Positions 38,010 to 46,900 of a stretch of DNA of 64,000 bases are shown here, piece by piece. The stretch is taken from assembly GCA_016195915.1 (NCBI GenBank), contig JACPYS010000063.1, forward strand, positions 10,388-74,387, given 5' to 3'. The translations under genes and the position numbers were made by a program. Numbering within the stretch: position 1 is the stretch's first letter; every line of letters starts with the position of its first letter. The DNA is from Betaproteobacteria bacterium (GTDB taxonomy: Bacteria; Pseudomonadota; Gammaproteobacteria; Burkholderiales; SG8-39). The notes beneath the pieces are model-generated. The model was given only the letters and a program-made list of their open reading frames with translations. It did not search any database and was not told where the DNA came from.

Positions 38010-38060
38010 TTCTTGTAGCCCTCCGGATTGGCGAACCCCTGCAGCAAGCCGCTCCCGATC

Positions 38061-39209
38061 CTAGATCAGCCCCATGCCTTTCAGCACCGAGAGCATCACC
38101 GCCGCAGCCACCACCGAACCGATCTGGCCGCCGGTGTTCGCGCCGGCCGCGTGCATCAGCAGGTAGTTCCTCTTGTCGGCGCGCAGCCCCTCCTGGTGCA
38201 CGACGCGGGCGGCCATCGGATACGCCGAGATCCCCGCGGCCCCGATCAGCGGATTGATTTTCCCGCCGCTGAGCTTGCACATGAGCTTGCCGAACAGCAC
38301 GCCAGCCACCGTATCCAGGCATATGGCGATGAAGCCCATGCCGAATATGGCCATGGTCTCGGGCTTGAGGAAGGCGTGGCCTTCCATGGTGCCGCCGATG
38401 GCGAGGCCGAGGAACAGGGTCACGACGTTGGCGATCTCGTTTTCCGAGGCCTTGGTCAGGCGGGCGACCACGCCGCACTCGCGCATGAAGTTGCCCAGCA
38501 TGATGGTGCCCATGAGCGGCAGCCCCTTGGGCGCGAGGAGGCCCGTCACCAGCGTCACCACGATGGGAAACAGGAGTTTGGTCTGGGGTGAGACGCTGCG
38601 TTTGATCGCGCCCATCCTCACCACGCGCTCCGCAGGCGTGGTCAGCACCCGCATGATCGGCGGCTGGATGATCGGCACGAGAGCCATGTAGGAATACGCC
38701 GCCACCGAAATCGGCGCGAGCAGTTGCGGCGCGTACTGGGACGCCACGTAAATGGCGGTGGGTCCGTCGCAGGCTCCGATCACGGCGATGCTGACCGCTT
38801 CGAGCGCGGGGAAACCCAGCGCCAGCGCGATCAGCAGCGTCAGGAAGATGCCGAACTGGCCGGCGGCGCCGAACAGCAGGATCTTCGGATTCTCCAGCAG
38901 TGGGGCAAAGTCGATCATCGCTCCGATGCCGACGAAGATGAGCAGCGGGAACAGTTCGTTGGCGATCCCCATGTCGTAGAGAAGCTTGAGCAGGCCACCC
39001 GCCTCCCCCAGTTCGCTCATGGGGATGTTCACCAGCACGCAGCCGAAGCCGATGGGAACGAGCAGCAGCGGTTCGACCTCTTTCTTGACGCCGAGATAGA
39101 GCAAGGTGCCGCCGACCAGCAGCATGATCACATTGGGCAGGCCATGCTGAAACAGGAAATTGAAACCGGCCATCATTCCGGACAGGCCCGCGAGGATGGC
39201 GTCAAGCAT
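38061..39209 (-). CDS. gcdB: Na+-translocating decarboxylase beta subunit (OadB/GcdB/MmdB family)
   Basis: 382 aa polytopic. LLIFVGIGAMIDF, GACDGPTAIY, NPLIGAAGISAYPMAARV and LLMHAAGANTGGQIGS are hallmark beta-subunit motifs. Confidence 0.9.
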   Translation of the reverse strand: MLDAILAGLSGMMAGFNFLFQHGLPNVIMLLVGGTLLYLGVKKEVEPLLLVPIGFGCVLVNIPMSELGEAGGLLKLLYDMGIANELFPLLIFVGIGAMIDFAPLLENPKILLFGAAGQFGIFLTLLIALALGFPALEAVSIAVIGACDGPTAIYVASQYAPQLLAPISVAAYSYMALVPIIQPPIMRVLTTPAERVVRMGAIKRSVSPQTKLLFPIVVTLVTGLLAPKGLPLMGTIMLGNFMRECGVVARLTKASENEIANVVTLFLGLAIGGTMEGHAFLKPETMAIFGMGFIAICLDTVAGVLFGKLMCKLSGGKINPLIGAAGISAYPMAARVVHQEGLRADKRNYLLMHAAGANTGGQIGSVVAAAVMLSVLKGMGLI

Positions 39210-39354
39210 TCTTCTTCTCCCCGCTGTCGCTCGCGAGCGGATAGATCTTCTTCAGCAGGTTGATCACCAGGGCCAGCACCCAGACCGTGAGGAAGGTTCC
39301 TCCCATGCCTACGATCATCAGCGTGAAGCCGAAAGTCCATTTGTCCATTTCCAT
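39202..39354 (-). CDS. gcdD: 50-aa OadG/GcdD-like single-TM decarboxylase anchor subunit (absent from ORF track)
   Basis: GGGAG RBS, ATG 39354. MEMDKWTFGFTLMIVGMGGTFLTVWVLALVINLLKKIYPLASDSGEKKNA. Stop overlaps the gcdB start (AATGCTTGA). Confidence 0.65.
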   Translation of the reverse strand: MEMDKWTFGFTLMIVGMGGTFLTVWVLALVINLLKKIYPLASDSGEKKNA

Positions 39355-39380
39355 GCGTTACTCCCGGGGAAGCGATGGTT

Positions 39381-40580
39381 TCAGTGAAATGCCTGGATGC
39401 CCGTGATCGCGCGCCCGAGGATCAGCGCGTGGATGTCGTGCGTGCCTTCGTAAGTATTCACCGCCTCGAGGTTCACCAGATGGCGGGCGACGCCGAACTC
39501 ATCCGAAATTCCGTTGCCGCCCATCATGTCGCGGGCGAGCCGCGCGATGTCGAGCGACTTGCCGCAGGAATTGCGTTTCAATATCGAGGTGATGTCGGGT
39601 GCGTCGGTGCCCTCGTCCTTCATGCGCCCCAGGCGCAGGCAGCCCTGCAGGCCGAGAGCGATCTCGGTCTGCATGTCGGCGAGCTTTTTCTGGATCAGCT
39701 GGTTGGCCGCCAGCGGACGCCCGAACTGCTTGCGATCGAGAACGTACTGCCTCGCGCGGTACCAGCAGTCCTCCGCCGCTCCGAGCGTGCCCCAGGCAAT
39801 GCCGAAGCGCGCGGAATCCAGGCAGGTCAGCGGGCCTTTGAGACCGCGCACATCGGGGAACGCGTTTTCTTCCGGGCAGAATACTTCGTCCATGACCACT
39901 TCGCCCGTGATCGAGGCGCGCAGGCCCACCTTGCCGTGGATCACGGGCGCGGAAAGCCCCTTCGCCCCCTTGTCGAGCACGAAGCCGCGTATCGCGCCTT
40001 CCTCGTCCTTCGCCCACACCATGAACACGTCCGCGATCGGCGAGTTGGAAATCCACATCTTGGAGCCCGAAAGGCGGTAGCCGCCGGCCACTTTCTTCGC
40101 CCGCGTGATCATCGACCCCGGATCGGATCCGTGGTTGGGTTCGGTGAGGCCGAAGCATCCGATCCATTCGCCCGTGGCGAGCCTGGGAAGATACTTCTCC
40201 CGGGTCGCCTCGTTGCCGAACCGGAAGATCGGGACCATCACCAGCGAACTCTGCACGCTCATCATCGAACGGTAGCCCGAGTCCACGCGCTCGATTTCCC
40301 GTGCGATCAGGCCGTAACTGACGTAGTTCAATTCCGGCCCGCCATAGCGCGCCGGGATGGTGGGACCGAGCAGGCCGAGTTCACCCATTTCGCGGAAGAT
40401 CGCCGGATCGGTCTTTTCCAGCCGAAACGCCTGGAGTACGCGGGGCGCAAGCTGCTTCTGGCAATAGGCGTTTGCCGCGTCGCGAACCATCCGCTCGTCG
40501 TCGCTGAGCTGGTCGTTGAGCAGCAGCGGGTCGTCCCAGGCGAACTGGGCCCTCGCCTTGCGCTTCTTCGCTGTGGTCAT
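39381..40580 (-). CDS. gcdH: Glutaryl-CoA dehydrogenase, canonical (decarboxylating-type signature)
   Basis: GAGGAG RBS. 399 aa. [41 protein letters not shown] is near-identical to the recalled GCDH C-terminal signature (Tyr377-Glu378). Confidence 0.92.
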   Translation of the reverse strand: MTTAKKRKARAQFAWDDPLLLNDQLSDDERMVRDAANAYCQKQLAPRVLQAFRLEKTDPAIFREMGELGLLGPTIPARYGGPELNYVSYGLIAREIERVDSGYRSMMSVQSSLVMVPIFRFGNEATREKYLPRLATGEWIGCFGLTEPNHGSDPGSMITRAKKVAGGYRLSGSKMWISNSPIADVFMVWAKDEEGAIRGFVLDKGAKGLSAPVIHGKVGLRASITGEVVMDEVFCPEENAFPDVRGLKGPLTCLDSARFGIAWGTLGAAEDCWYRARQYVLDRKQFGRPLAANQLIQKKLADMQTEIALGLQGCLRLGRMKDEGTDAPDITSILKRNSCGKSLDIARLARDMMGGNGISDEFGVARHLVNLEAVNTYEGTHDIHALILGRAITGIQAFH

Positions 40581-40632
40581 GCGGCTCCTCGTGGGAAACT
40601 GGCCTTTTTAGCCCAGCCCCGTCCCCGCGATA

Positions 40633-40646
40633 TTGAGGTGCATCAA
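40633..40646 (-). promoter_or_regulatory. FNR/Anr-type box TTGAGgtgcATCAA upstream of gcdH
   Basis: 9/10 match to TTGAT-N4-ATCAA. Centre lies 41.5 bp upstream of the TSS predicted from the -10-like TAAAAA (40610-40605), leaving an 18-nt leader with GAGGAG. Confidence 0.5.
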
Positions 40647-40838
40647 GCTTAGGGTTCGCGCCCAGGGCGAAAGGTCTGATCTTACCTGCCCCGGCGCGCT
40701 TCCCCGGCGGTGCTGTGCATCGCACCCGGGGCTATAATCAACCATAGATGGGGCGAGGAAATGACGTTCACGAACGAACGCGCATTGATCGAGCGGCCAG
40801 GACTGCTCGAAAAACAACCCTGAGGAGGGACTCCGGCC

Positions 40839-41285
40839 ATGAAGTACAGCAAAATCCTTCTTGCCTATAACGGATCCGCGGACGGCAAGCGCGCACTGCT
40901 CGAATGCGCGGACCTCGCGCAATTCTACGGGGCTGAAACCCACCTGCTGGCGGTGGCGAGCATGCCGCCGAGCCTGTTTCTCACGGAAGGGTTCGTGCCC
41001 GAGGAGTTGCTCGAGGAGGAAAAGAAGCGCACCCAGCTGCTGCTCGACGAAGGCATCAAGTCGCTGACCGACCGCGGGTTCAAGGCGACAGGGCACCTCG
41101 CCGTTGGAGAGCCGGTCGAGGAAATCTGCCGCCTCGCCAAGGAATTGGGCGTGGACCTGATCGTGGTCGGGCACAATCAGAACACTTCCTTCGCCGCGCG
41201 CTGGTGGAAGGGTTCGGTCGGTGCGTCGCTCATCGATTACGCGCCCTGCAGCCTGCTGATCGCGCTGTCAAGAATCGGGAAATAG
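40839..41285 (+). CDS. Universal stress protein
   Basis: GAGGAGGG RBS. MKYSKILLAYNGSADGKRAL...DLIVVGHNQNTSFAARWWKGSVGASLIDYAPCSLLIA. Confidence 0.88.
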   Translation: MKYSKILLAYNGSADGKRALLECADLAQFYGAETHLLAVASMPPSLFLTEGFVPEELLEEEKKRTQLLLDEGIKSLTDRGFKATGHLAVGEPVEEICRLAKELGVDLIVVGHNQNTSFAARWWKGSVGASLIDYAPCSLLIALSRIGK

Positions 41286-41306
41286 GTCTCGCGGTTTCGC
41301 AATTCG

Positions 41307-41337
41307 AAGGCCTGCTTCGGGCAGGCCTTTTGTTTTT
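41307..41337 (+). terminator. Rho-independent terminator after usp
   Basis: AAGGCCTGC-ttcgg-GCAGGCCTT followed by TTGTTTTT. Confidence 0.8.
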
Positions 41338-41356
41338 ACGCCATTGGAATCCACGC

Positions 41357-43696
41357 ATGAAATTCGGCCATAAGGGGCGTCTCGAGGACGCAAGGATGTT
41401 GAAGGGCGAGGGGCGCTACGTCGCGGACTGGAATCTGCCGGGCCAGGCCTGGGGCCACTTCCTGCGCTCCGACCGACCGCACGCGAAGATACTCTCGATC
41501 GACGCGTCGCGCGCGCTCGCCATGGCGGGGGTGATCGCCGTGTTCACGGGCGAGGACGAAAAGGCCGCGGGCTTCCAGGCGCTGCCCGCGGCAGCGCCGA
41601 TGAAAGGCCGTGGCGGTGCGGAACTGCTCAAGCCGCCTCGCGGCGCCCTCGCGCTCGACCGGGTCCGCTACGTCGGCGAGGCGCTCGCTCTGGTGCTCGC
41701 CGAGAGCGCCGCGATCGCGCAGGACGCGTCGGAACTGGTCGAAGTGGATTACGAGGACTTGCCCGCCGTCGTCGACGCGCTGGATGCACTCGCGCCCGGG
41801 GCTCCGCTCCTGCACGACGGCGTGCCGGGCAATCTGGCCCTCGATTTCGTGGGTGGTGACGAAGCCGCAACCAATGCGGCGTTCGCCAAGGCCGCGCGCG
41901 TGATATCGCTGACGACCTATCACACCCGGGTGGTCGGAAACCCGATGGAGCCGCGCGCCTGCCTCGCACACTACGATGGCGCGAACGACCTGTACCTGCT
42001 CTACGCGTGCACCCAGGGGGTGACCGCGATTCGCGGACAGATGGCGCTGGTGCTCGGTGTGCCGCCCGACAGGATTCGCGTCATTGCCGAGGAAGTCGGT
42101 GGCGGCTTCGGCGTGCGTTTCAACACCTATCCCGAATACTGTGCGATGCTGCTCGCGGCGAAAAAACTCGGCCGCCCGGTCAAGTGGGTCGGCACGCGCT
42201 CGGAGATGTTTCTCTCCGACGAGCAGGCGCGCGACATCCTGCACAAGGGTGAACTGGCGCTCGATGCGAACGGCCGCATCGCCGGCATGCGCTTCGAATT
42301 CGTCTGCAATCTCGGCGCGTATCTCGCTTTCACCGGAGCGTTCGTCAACACGGTCAACCTGGTCAACGTGGCGAGCGGCGTCTACGACGTGCAGGCGGTG
42401 CACGTGCATGCGAGCCTGGTGTTCACGAATACGGTGCCGACCGCGGCCTACCGGGGCGCCGGCCGTCCGGTCAGTTCGTTCGCCATCGAGCGGCTGATCG
42501 ACGCGGCCGCGCGCGCAATCGGAGCCGATCCCGCCGAGTTCCGCCGTCGCAACCTGGTGCCGAAGGCGAAATTTCCCTACCGGATCATCACCGGATTCGA
42601 ATACGACTGCGGCGACTTCGAGGGCGTGCTCGACCGGGCGCTCGCAGCGGCGGACTGGAGCGGGTTCGAAGCCCGACGGGCCGAGGCGTCGAAACGCGGC
42701 AGGCTGCGCGGGATCGGCCTCTCGACGTACATCGAAGCGAGCGGTTCGGGTGGGTTTGCGCCGCACGACCAGGTGCAGCTGGAGTGGGATCGCGATGCGA
42801 ACCTGACCTTGCGTGCGACTTCCCACTCGCACGGGCAGGGCCACGAGACGGTGTACGCGCAGATCGTCGCCGAGGTGCTCGGCGTGCCGATGGAAACCAT
42901 CCGCTTGCGCACCGCCGATCCCGGAATGAACATGACGGGAAATCCGACCGGCGGCTCGCGCTCGCTGCTCGGCGTCGGAAGCGTGCTGCAGGTTGCGGCG
43001 CAGGAGGTGGTGAAAAAAGGCCTTGCGCTTGCGGCCGAAAAGCTCGAGACGGCAGAGGCAGACCTCGAATTCGCCGACGGGCGCTTTCGCGTCAAGGGCA
43101 CCGACCGCGAAGTCGCGCTCACCACGCTGGTGAAGATGCATACGGGGCCCGGCGTCAATCCGCTCGACCTGGACAAGACCGGCATGAAGGTCGGCGCGAC
43201 CTTTCCCAACGGCTGCCACATCTGCGAAGTGGAGATCGACCCGGAGACCGGCGAGGCGGAAATCCTGCGCTACACGGCCTGCGACGACGCGGGCAACGTC
43301 ATCAACCACCAGATCGTCGAAGGCCAGATGCAGGGCGGCATCACGCAGGGCGCCGGCCACATCTTCGGCGAGCAGGCGATCTACGATCGCGAAACCGGCC
43401 AGCTGCTCGCGGGCAGCTTCATGGACTATCCGATGCCGCGCGCGATCCTGGTGGACGGTCTGCAGGTGCTCGAATACCCGGTGCCGACGGCGACCAATCC
43501 TCTCGGTGCGAAGGGCGTCGGCGAGGCCGGCGTCACCGGCTCGATGCCCTGTCTGATGAACGCGGTGCTCGATGCCTTGAGGCCTGCCGGCGTGACGCAT
43601 TTCGACATGCCCGCAACGCCGCAGCGGCTGTGGGCGGCGATTCGCGCCGCGAAGGCGGGCAAGCCGCGAGCTTTCGCCGCGGCGGACCTGCCATAG
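41357..43696 (+). CDS. Xanthine dehydrogenase/CoxL-family molybdopterin-binding large subunit (orphan)
   Basis: 779 aa. EDARMLKGEGRYVADW. AYRGAGRP motif (form-II CoxL-like, not the CO-dehydrogenase VAYRCSFR). GAKGVGEAG near the C-terminus. No adjacent 2Fe-2S or FAD subunits. Confidence 0.85.
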   Translation: MKFGHKGRLEDARMLKGEGRYVADWNLPGQAWGHFLRSDRPHAKILSIDASRALAMAGVIAVFTGEDEKAAGFQALPAAAPMKGRGGAELLKPPRGALALDRVRYVGEALALVLAESAAIAQDASELVEVDYEDLPAVVDALDALAPGAPLLHDGVPGNLALDFVGGDEAATNAAFAKAARVISLTTYHTRVVGNPMEPRACLAHYDGANDLYLLYACTQGVTAIRGQMALVLGVPPDRIRVIAEEVGGGFGVRFNTYPEYCAMLLAAKKLGRPVKWVGTRSEMFLSDEQARDILHKGELALDANGRIAGMRFEFVCNLGAYLAFTGAFVNTVNLVNVASGVYDVQAVHVHASLVFTNTVPTAAYRGAGRPVSSFAIERLIDAAARAIGADPAEFRRRNLVPKAKFPYRIITGFEYDCGDFEGVLDRALAAADWSGFEARRAEASKRGRLRGIGLSTYIEASGSGGFAPHDQVQLEWDRDANLTLRATSHSHGQGHETVYAQIVAEVLGVPMETIRLRTADPGMNMTGNPTGGSRSLLGVGSVLQVAAQEVVKKGLALAAEKLETAEADLEFADGRFRVKGTDREVALTTLVKMHTGPGVNPLDLDKTGMKVGATFPNGCHICEVEIDPETGEAEILRYTACDDAGNVINHQIVEGQMQGGITQGAGHIFGEQAIYDRETGQLLAGSFMDYPMPRAILVDGLQVLEYPVPTATNPLGAKGVGEAGVTGSMPCLMNAVLDALRPAGVTHFDMPATPQRLWAAIRAAKAGKPRAFAAADLP

Positions 43697-43703
43697 GCAA
43701 AGA

Positions 43704-45026
43704 TCAGGAGAACAGCAGCTTCGGCAGCCAGAGCGCCAATGCGGGGAAGGCCAATACCAGCGCGAGGCCGACAATCTGCAGAACCATGAACTGCATCATG
43801 CCGGCATAGATGTCCTTCAGGCTCCAGTCCGGCACCACGCCCTTCAGGAAGTATGCCGACAACGCGACCGGCGGCGAAAGCCACGCGGTTTGCAGGCACA
43901 CTGCCACCAGCGTGCAGAACCAGACCAGGTCGATCCCCATCTTCTGCACCAGCGGCAGAAGGATCGGCACCACGATCAGCACGATTGGCACCCATTCGAG
44001 CGGCCAGCCGAGCACGAAGATCACGCCGAGTATGAGGATCAGCATGACCGTGGGGGGAAGGCTCAGCTGCAACAGCCATTCGGCGATCAAGGTGGCGCTT
44101 CCCAGGCGCGAAAATACTGCGCCGAAAAAGTTCGATGCCGCCACCAGCAGCAGGATCATGCTCGAGACCTCGAGCGTGGACCACATCGCCAACTTGAATT
44201 TCGCGAACGTGATGCTCCGGTAGGCGAGCGTGAGCAGAAGCACCGCAAACGCACCAACCGCGCCCGCATCCGTAGGCGTTGCGATGCCCCACAGGATCAC
44301 ACCGAGCGTGGCGGCGATGACCACCGCCACCGGCACCACGCCGATCAGCAGCTCCTTCACCGCCACCCAAAGGGTTGCCGGGTGCTCTTCGAGCGGCAGC
44401 GCGGGGCCAAGGGAAGGGTTGAAGTAGCACCGGGCGAGGGTGTACACGATGTACAGGAATGCCAGCAGCAGCCCGGGAAGGACCGCCGCCGCGAACAGAT
44501 GCGTCGCCGGCACGCCGACCGCGGGGCCCATCACGATCAGCATCACCGACGGCGGGATGAGAATGCCGAGCGTGCCGCCCGCGGCGATTGAGCCCGCCGA
44601 CATGCGCACGTCGTATTTGCTGCGCGTCATTGCCGGGGCTGCCATTACGCCGAGCAGCGTGACTGAAGAACCGACGATACCGGTCGCCGCGGCGAAGATG
44701 GTGGCGGTGATCAGCACCGCGAGGTAAAGCGAACCGCGCACGGGCGCGAGCAGCAGCTGCACGCCGCGAAACAGCCGGTTCATCAGCCCGGATTGCTCGA
44801 GCAGGTAGCCCATGAAAAGGAAGAACGGCACCGAAGCGAGGGTGGTCTCCTTCATGACCGAGAAGAACTGCAGGGTCATCAGGTAGAACACCTGCTGGCC
44901 GAGCGCGTAGTAGCCGAAGCCGAGCGCCACCGTGATCAGCGTGAAGGCGATCGGAAAGCCGATGAAGATCGCACCGAACAGCACCACCAGCGATACGAAG
45001 CCGAGCAGCTCGTGGCTCACGGCCAT
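43704..45026 (-). CDS. dctM: TRAP transporter large permease
   Basis: ATG 45026 (MAVSHELLGFVSLVVLFGAIFIGFPIAF). 440 aa, about 12 TM. Start overlaps the dctQ end by 10 nt. Confidence 0.88.
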   Translation of the reverse strand: MAVSHELLGFVSLVVLFGAIFIGFPIAFTLITVALGFGYYALGQQVFYLMTLQFFSVMKETTLASVPFFLFMGYLLEQSGLMNRLFRGVQLLLAPVRGSLYLAVLITATIFAAATGIVGSSVTLLGVMAAPAMTRSKYDVRMSAGSIAAGGTLGILIPPSVMLIVMGPAVGVPATHLFAAAVLPGLLLAFLYIVYTLARCYFNPSLGPALPLEEHPATLWVAVKELLIGVVPVAVVIAATLGVILWGIATPTDAGAVGAFAVLLLTLAYRSITFAKFKLAMWSTLEVSSMILLLVAASNFFGAVFSRLGSATLIAEWLLQLSLPPTVMLILILGVIFVLGWPLEWVPIVLIVVPILLPLVQKMGIDLVWFCTLVAVCLQTAWLSPPVALSAYFLKGVVPDWSLKDIYAGMMQFMVLQIVGLALVLAFPALALWLPKLLFS

Positions 45027-45544
45027 TCTCCGTGCAGCGCAGCCCAGCAGCTCTTGAGCAGCTCCGAGAAACCTTGCACGAGGAGCAGCACCACCGCCAG
45101 GAACATGAAGCCCTTGACCGGATAGATCACCGGCATCCACGGGCTCGAGACCACGCGCTCGGACTGGCGCAGCGAGACGAGGAAAAAGTCCCAGTTGACG
45201 TAGGCGAATACCCCCAGTCCGGGAAAGAAGAAAAGCACATAGCACAGCGCGTCGACAGTCCCCTGGAGGCGCGGCGACCAGTTGGTGTAGAAGCTGTCGG
45301 TGCGGATGTGGCCCTTGCGCTGCAGGGTAAATGCCGATCCGAGCATGAAAAACACGCCATAGAGCATGTAGGTCATGTCGTAGGCCCAGATGGTGGGCTC
45401 GTCGAAGACATAGCGCGAGATCACCTCGTAGACGAGGCTGCCGACCATCGGCAGGATCAGCCAGGCAGCGGCCTTGCCGGACCAGATGCTGATCGCGTCG
45501 AGCGCCGTGATGGTGCGTGCGAGGGCGGGCGGAAGAGAGCTCAT
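45017..45544 (-). CDS. dctQ: TRAP transporter small permease
   Basis: ATG 45544 (MSSLPPALART...). 175 aa, 4 TM. HIRTDSFY motif. Confidence 0.82.
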   Translation of the reverse strand: MSSLPPALARTITALDAISIWSGKAAAWLILPMVGSLVYEVISRYVFDEPTIWAYDMTYMLYGVFFMLGSAFTLQRKGHIRTDSFYTNWSPRLQGTVDALCYVLFFFPGLGVFAYVNWDFFLVSLRQSERVVSSPWMPVIYPVKGFMFLAVVLLLVQGFSELLKSCWAALHGEWP

Positions 45545-45613
45545 GGATTCACGGACAAAAAAGGGGGCGCCTCGCGGGCGCCCCATTTCAGGCGGAAATG
45601 CGCGTAGTGCCGG

Positions 45614-46756
45614 TCACTTCTTCGCCGGGGCCGCGGCAGCCTTGCCTTCGACCGCGCCGCTCTTGATCGCAGCGTTGCCGAGGTTGGAGTAAAGGTCGTT
45701 GATCTTCGTCCAGTACGGAACCACCAGCTTCGCGAAGTTGCGCTGCGAGTCGAGCACCTGCTTGAAGAATGGATCCTTGCTGGAGTAGCGCTCGAGCACC
45801 ACGTTGGTGGCGCGCACGAACTCCGGGTAGAAGTCGGCCGGCGTATCGAGGATCTGTACCTTGTGCTCTTCGCGCAGCTTCTTTACCGCCACCGCGTTGC
45901 GATACACGTTGTAGGTGTAGGTCTCGGTCATCGACGCCATCGCCGCGGTGCGCATGATTTCCTGCAGGTCCGGCGAGAGCTTGTTCCACGCCGTCTTGTT
46001 GATCAGCACTTCGCCGATGTCGGTGGACTGGTGCAGGCCCTGCAGGTAGTAGAACTTCCACACCGTATGCAGGCCGAGGTTCATGTCGTCTGCCGGGCCG
46101 ATCCACTCGGCGGCATCGATCGTGCCGCGCTGCGCCGCCGGGACGATGTCGCCGCCGGGCATCGCGACCGCCGAGACGCCCATCTCCTTGAATATTTCGC
46201 CCGTGATCCCGGGCGGCGAGCGGTATTTCATTTTCTTGAAGTCCGCCGTGTCCTTGATCGGGCGCTTGAACCAGCCGAGGGGATCGGGGCCCATCGGCTG
46301 AACGAACAGCGGCTCCACGTTGACCTTGAGCACGTCGGCATACAGCTTGCGATACAGCTCGTATCCGCCGCCTTCGAATATCCACGCCACGTGCGAAAGC
46401 TGGTCGAGCCCGACACCGGCGCCCGCCATCGGGTTCGAGAACAGGCCGGCGGCCGGGTGCTTGCCCGACCAGTAGTGCGTCCACGCGTAACCCGCCTCGA
46501 CCACGCCCTTGTCCACCGCATCGAGTATCTCGAACGCAGGAACGACTGCGCCGTCGGGCAGCACTTCGATCTTGATGCGGCCCGCGGACATCTTGTCCAC
46601 GCGGTCGGCGTATTTCTTCAGCAGCTCGAAGTAGATGCTGGCCGCGGGCACCGCGGTCTGCAGGCGCATCTTCACCTGTTGCGCGGACACGCTGGCGGTA
46701 ACCAGCAGCAACGAAGCCGCGCAGGCGAGCGTTCTCACTGACATTCTCTCGAACAT
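45614..46756 (-). CDS. dctP: TRAP transporter substrate-binding protein (DctP type)
   Basis: GGAGGA RBS 6 nt before ATG 46756. Signal peptide. 380 aa. Only the C-terminal third of the 1019-aa track ORF is real. Confidence 0.85.
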   Translation of the reverse strand: MFERMSVRTLACAASLLLVTASVSAQQVKMRLQTAVPAASIYFELLKKYADRVDKMSAGRIKIEVLPDGAVVPAFEILDAVDKGVVEAGYAWTHYWSGKHPAAGLFSNPMAGAGVGLDQLSHVAWIFEGGGYELYRKLYADVLKVNVEPLFVQPMGPDPLGWFKRPIKDTADFKKMKYRSPPGITGEIFKEMGVSAVAMPGGDIVPAAQRGTIDAAEWIGPADDMNLGLHTVWKFYYLQGLHQSTDIGEVLINKTAWNKLSPDLQEIMRTAAMASMTETYTYNVYRNAVAVKKLREEHKVQILDTPADFYPEFVRATNVVLERYSSKDPFFKQVLDSQRNFAKLVVPYWTKINDLYSNLGNAAIKSGAVEGKAAAAPAKK

Positions 46757-46900
46757 GAACAATCCTCCGGTGTTGGTGGCGCCCGCACTCTGCGTTCGTG
46801 ACGCGGAGTTCTTTGTGCACGCGCAGGCAATGCTAGACACAATCGCCGGCCGAAGCAATACTTGATCTGGTCCACGCGACATCAGGTTCCACATTCCGGA

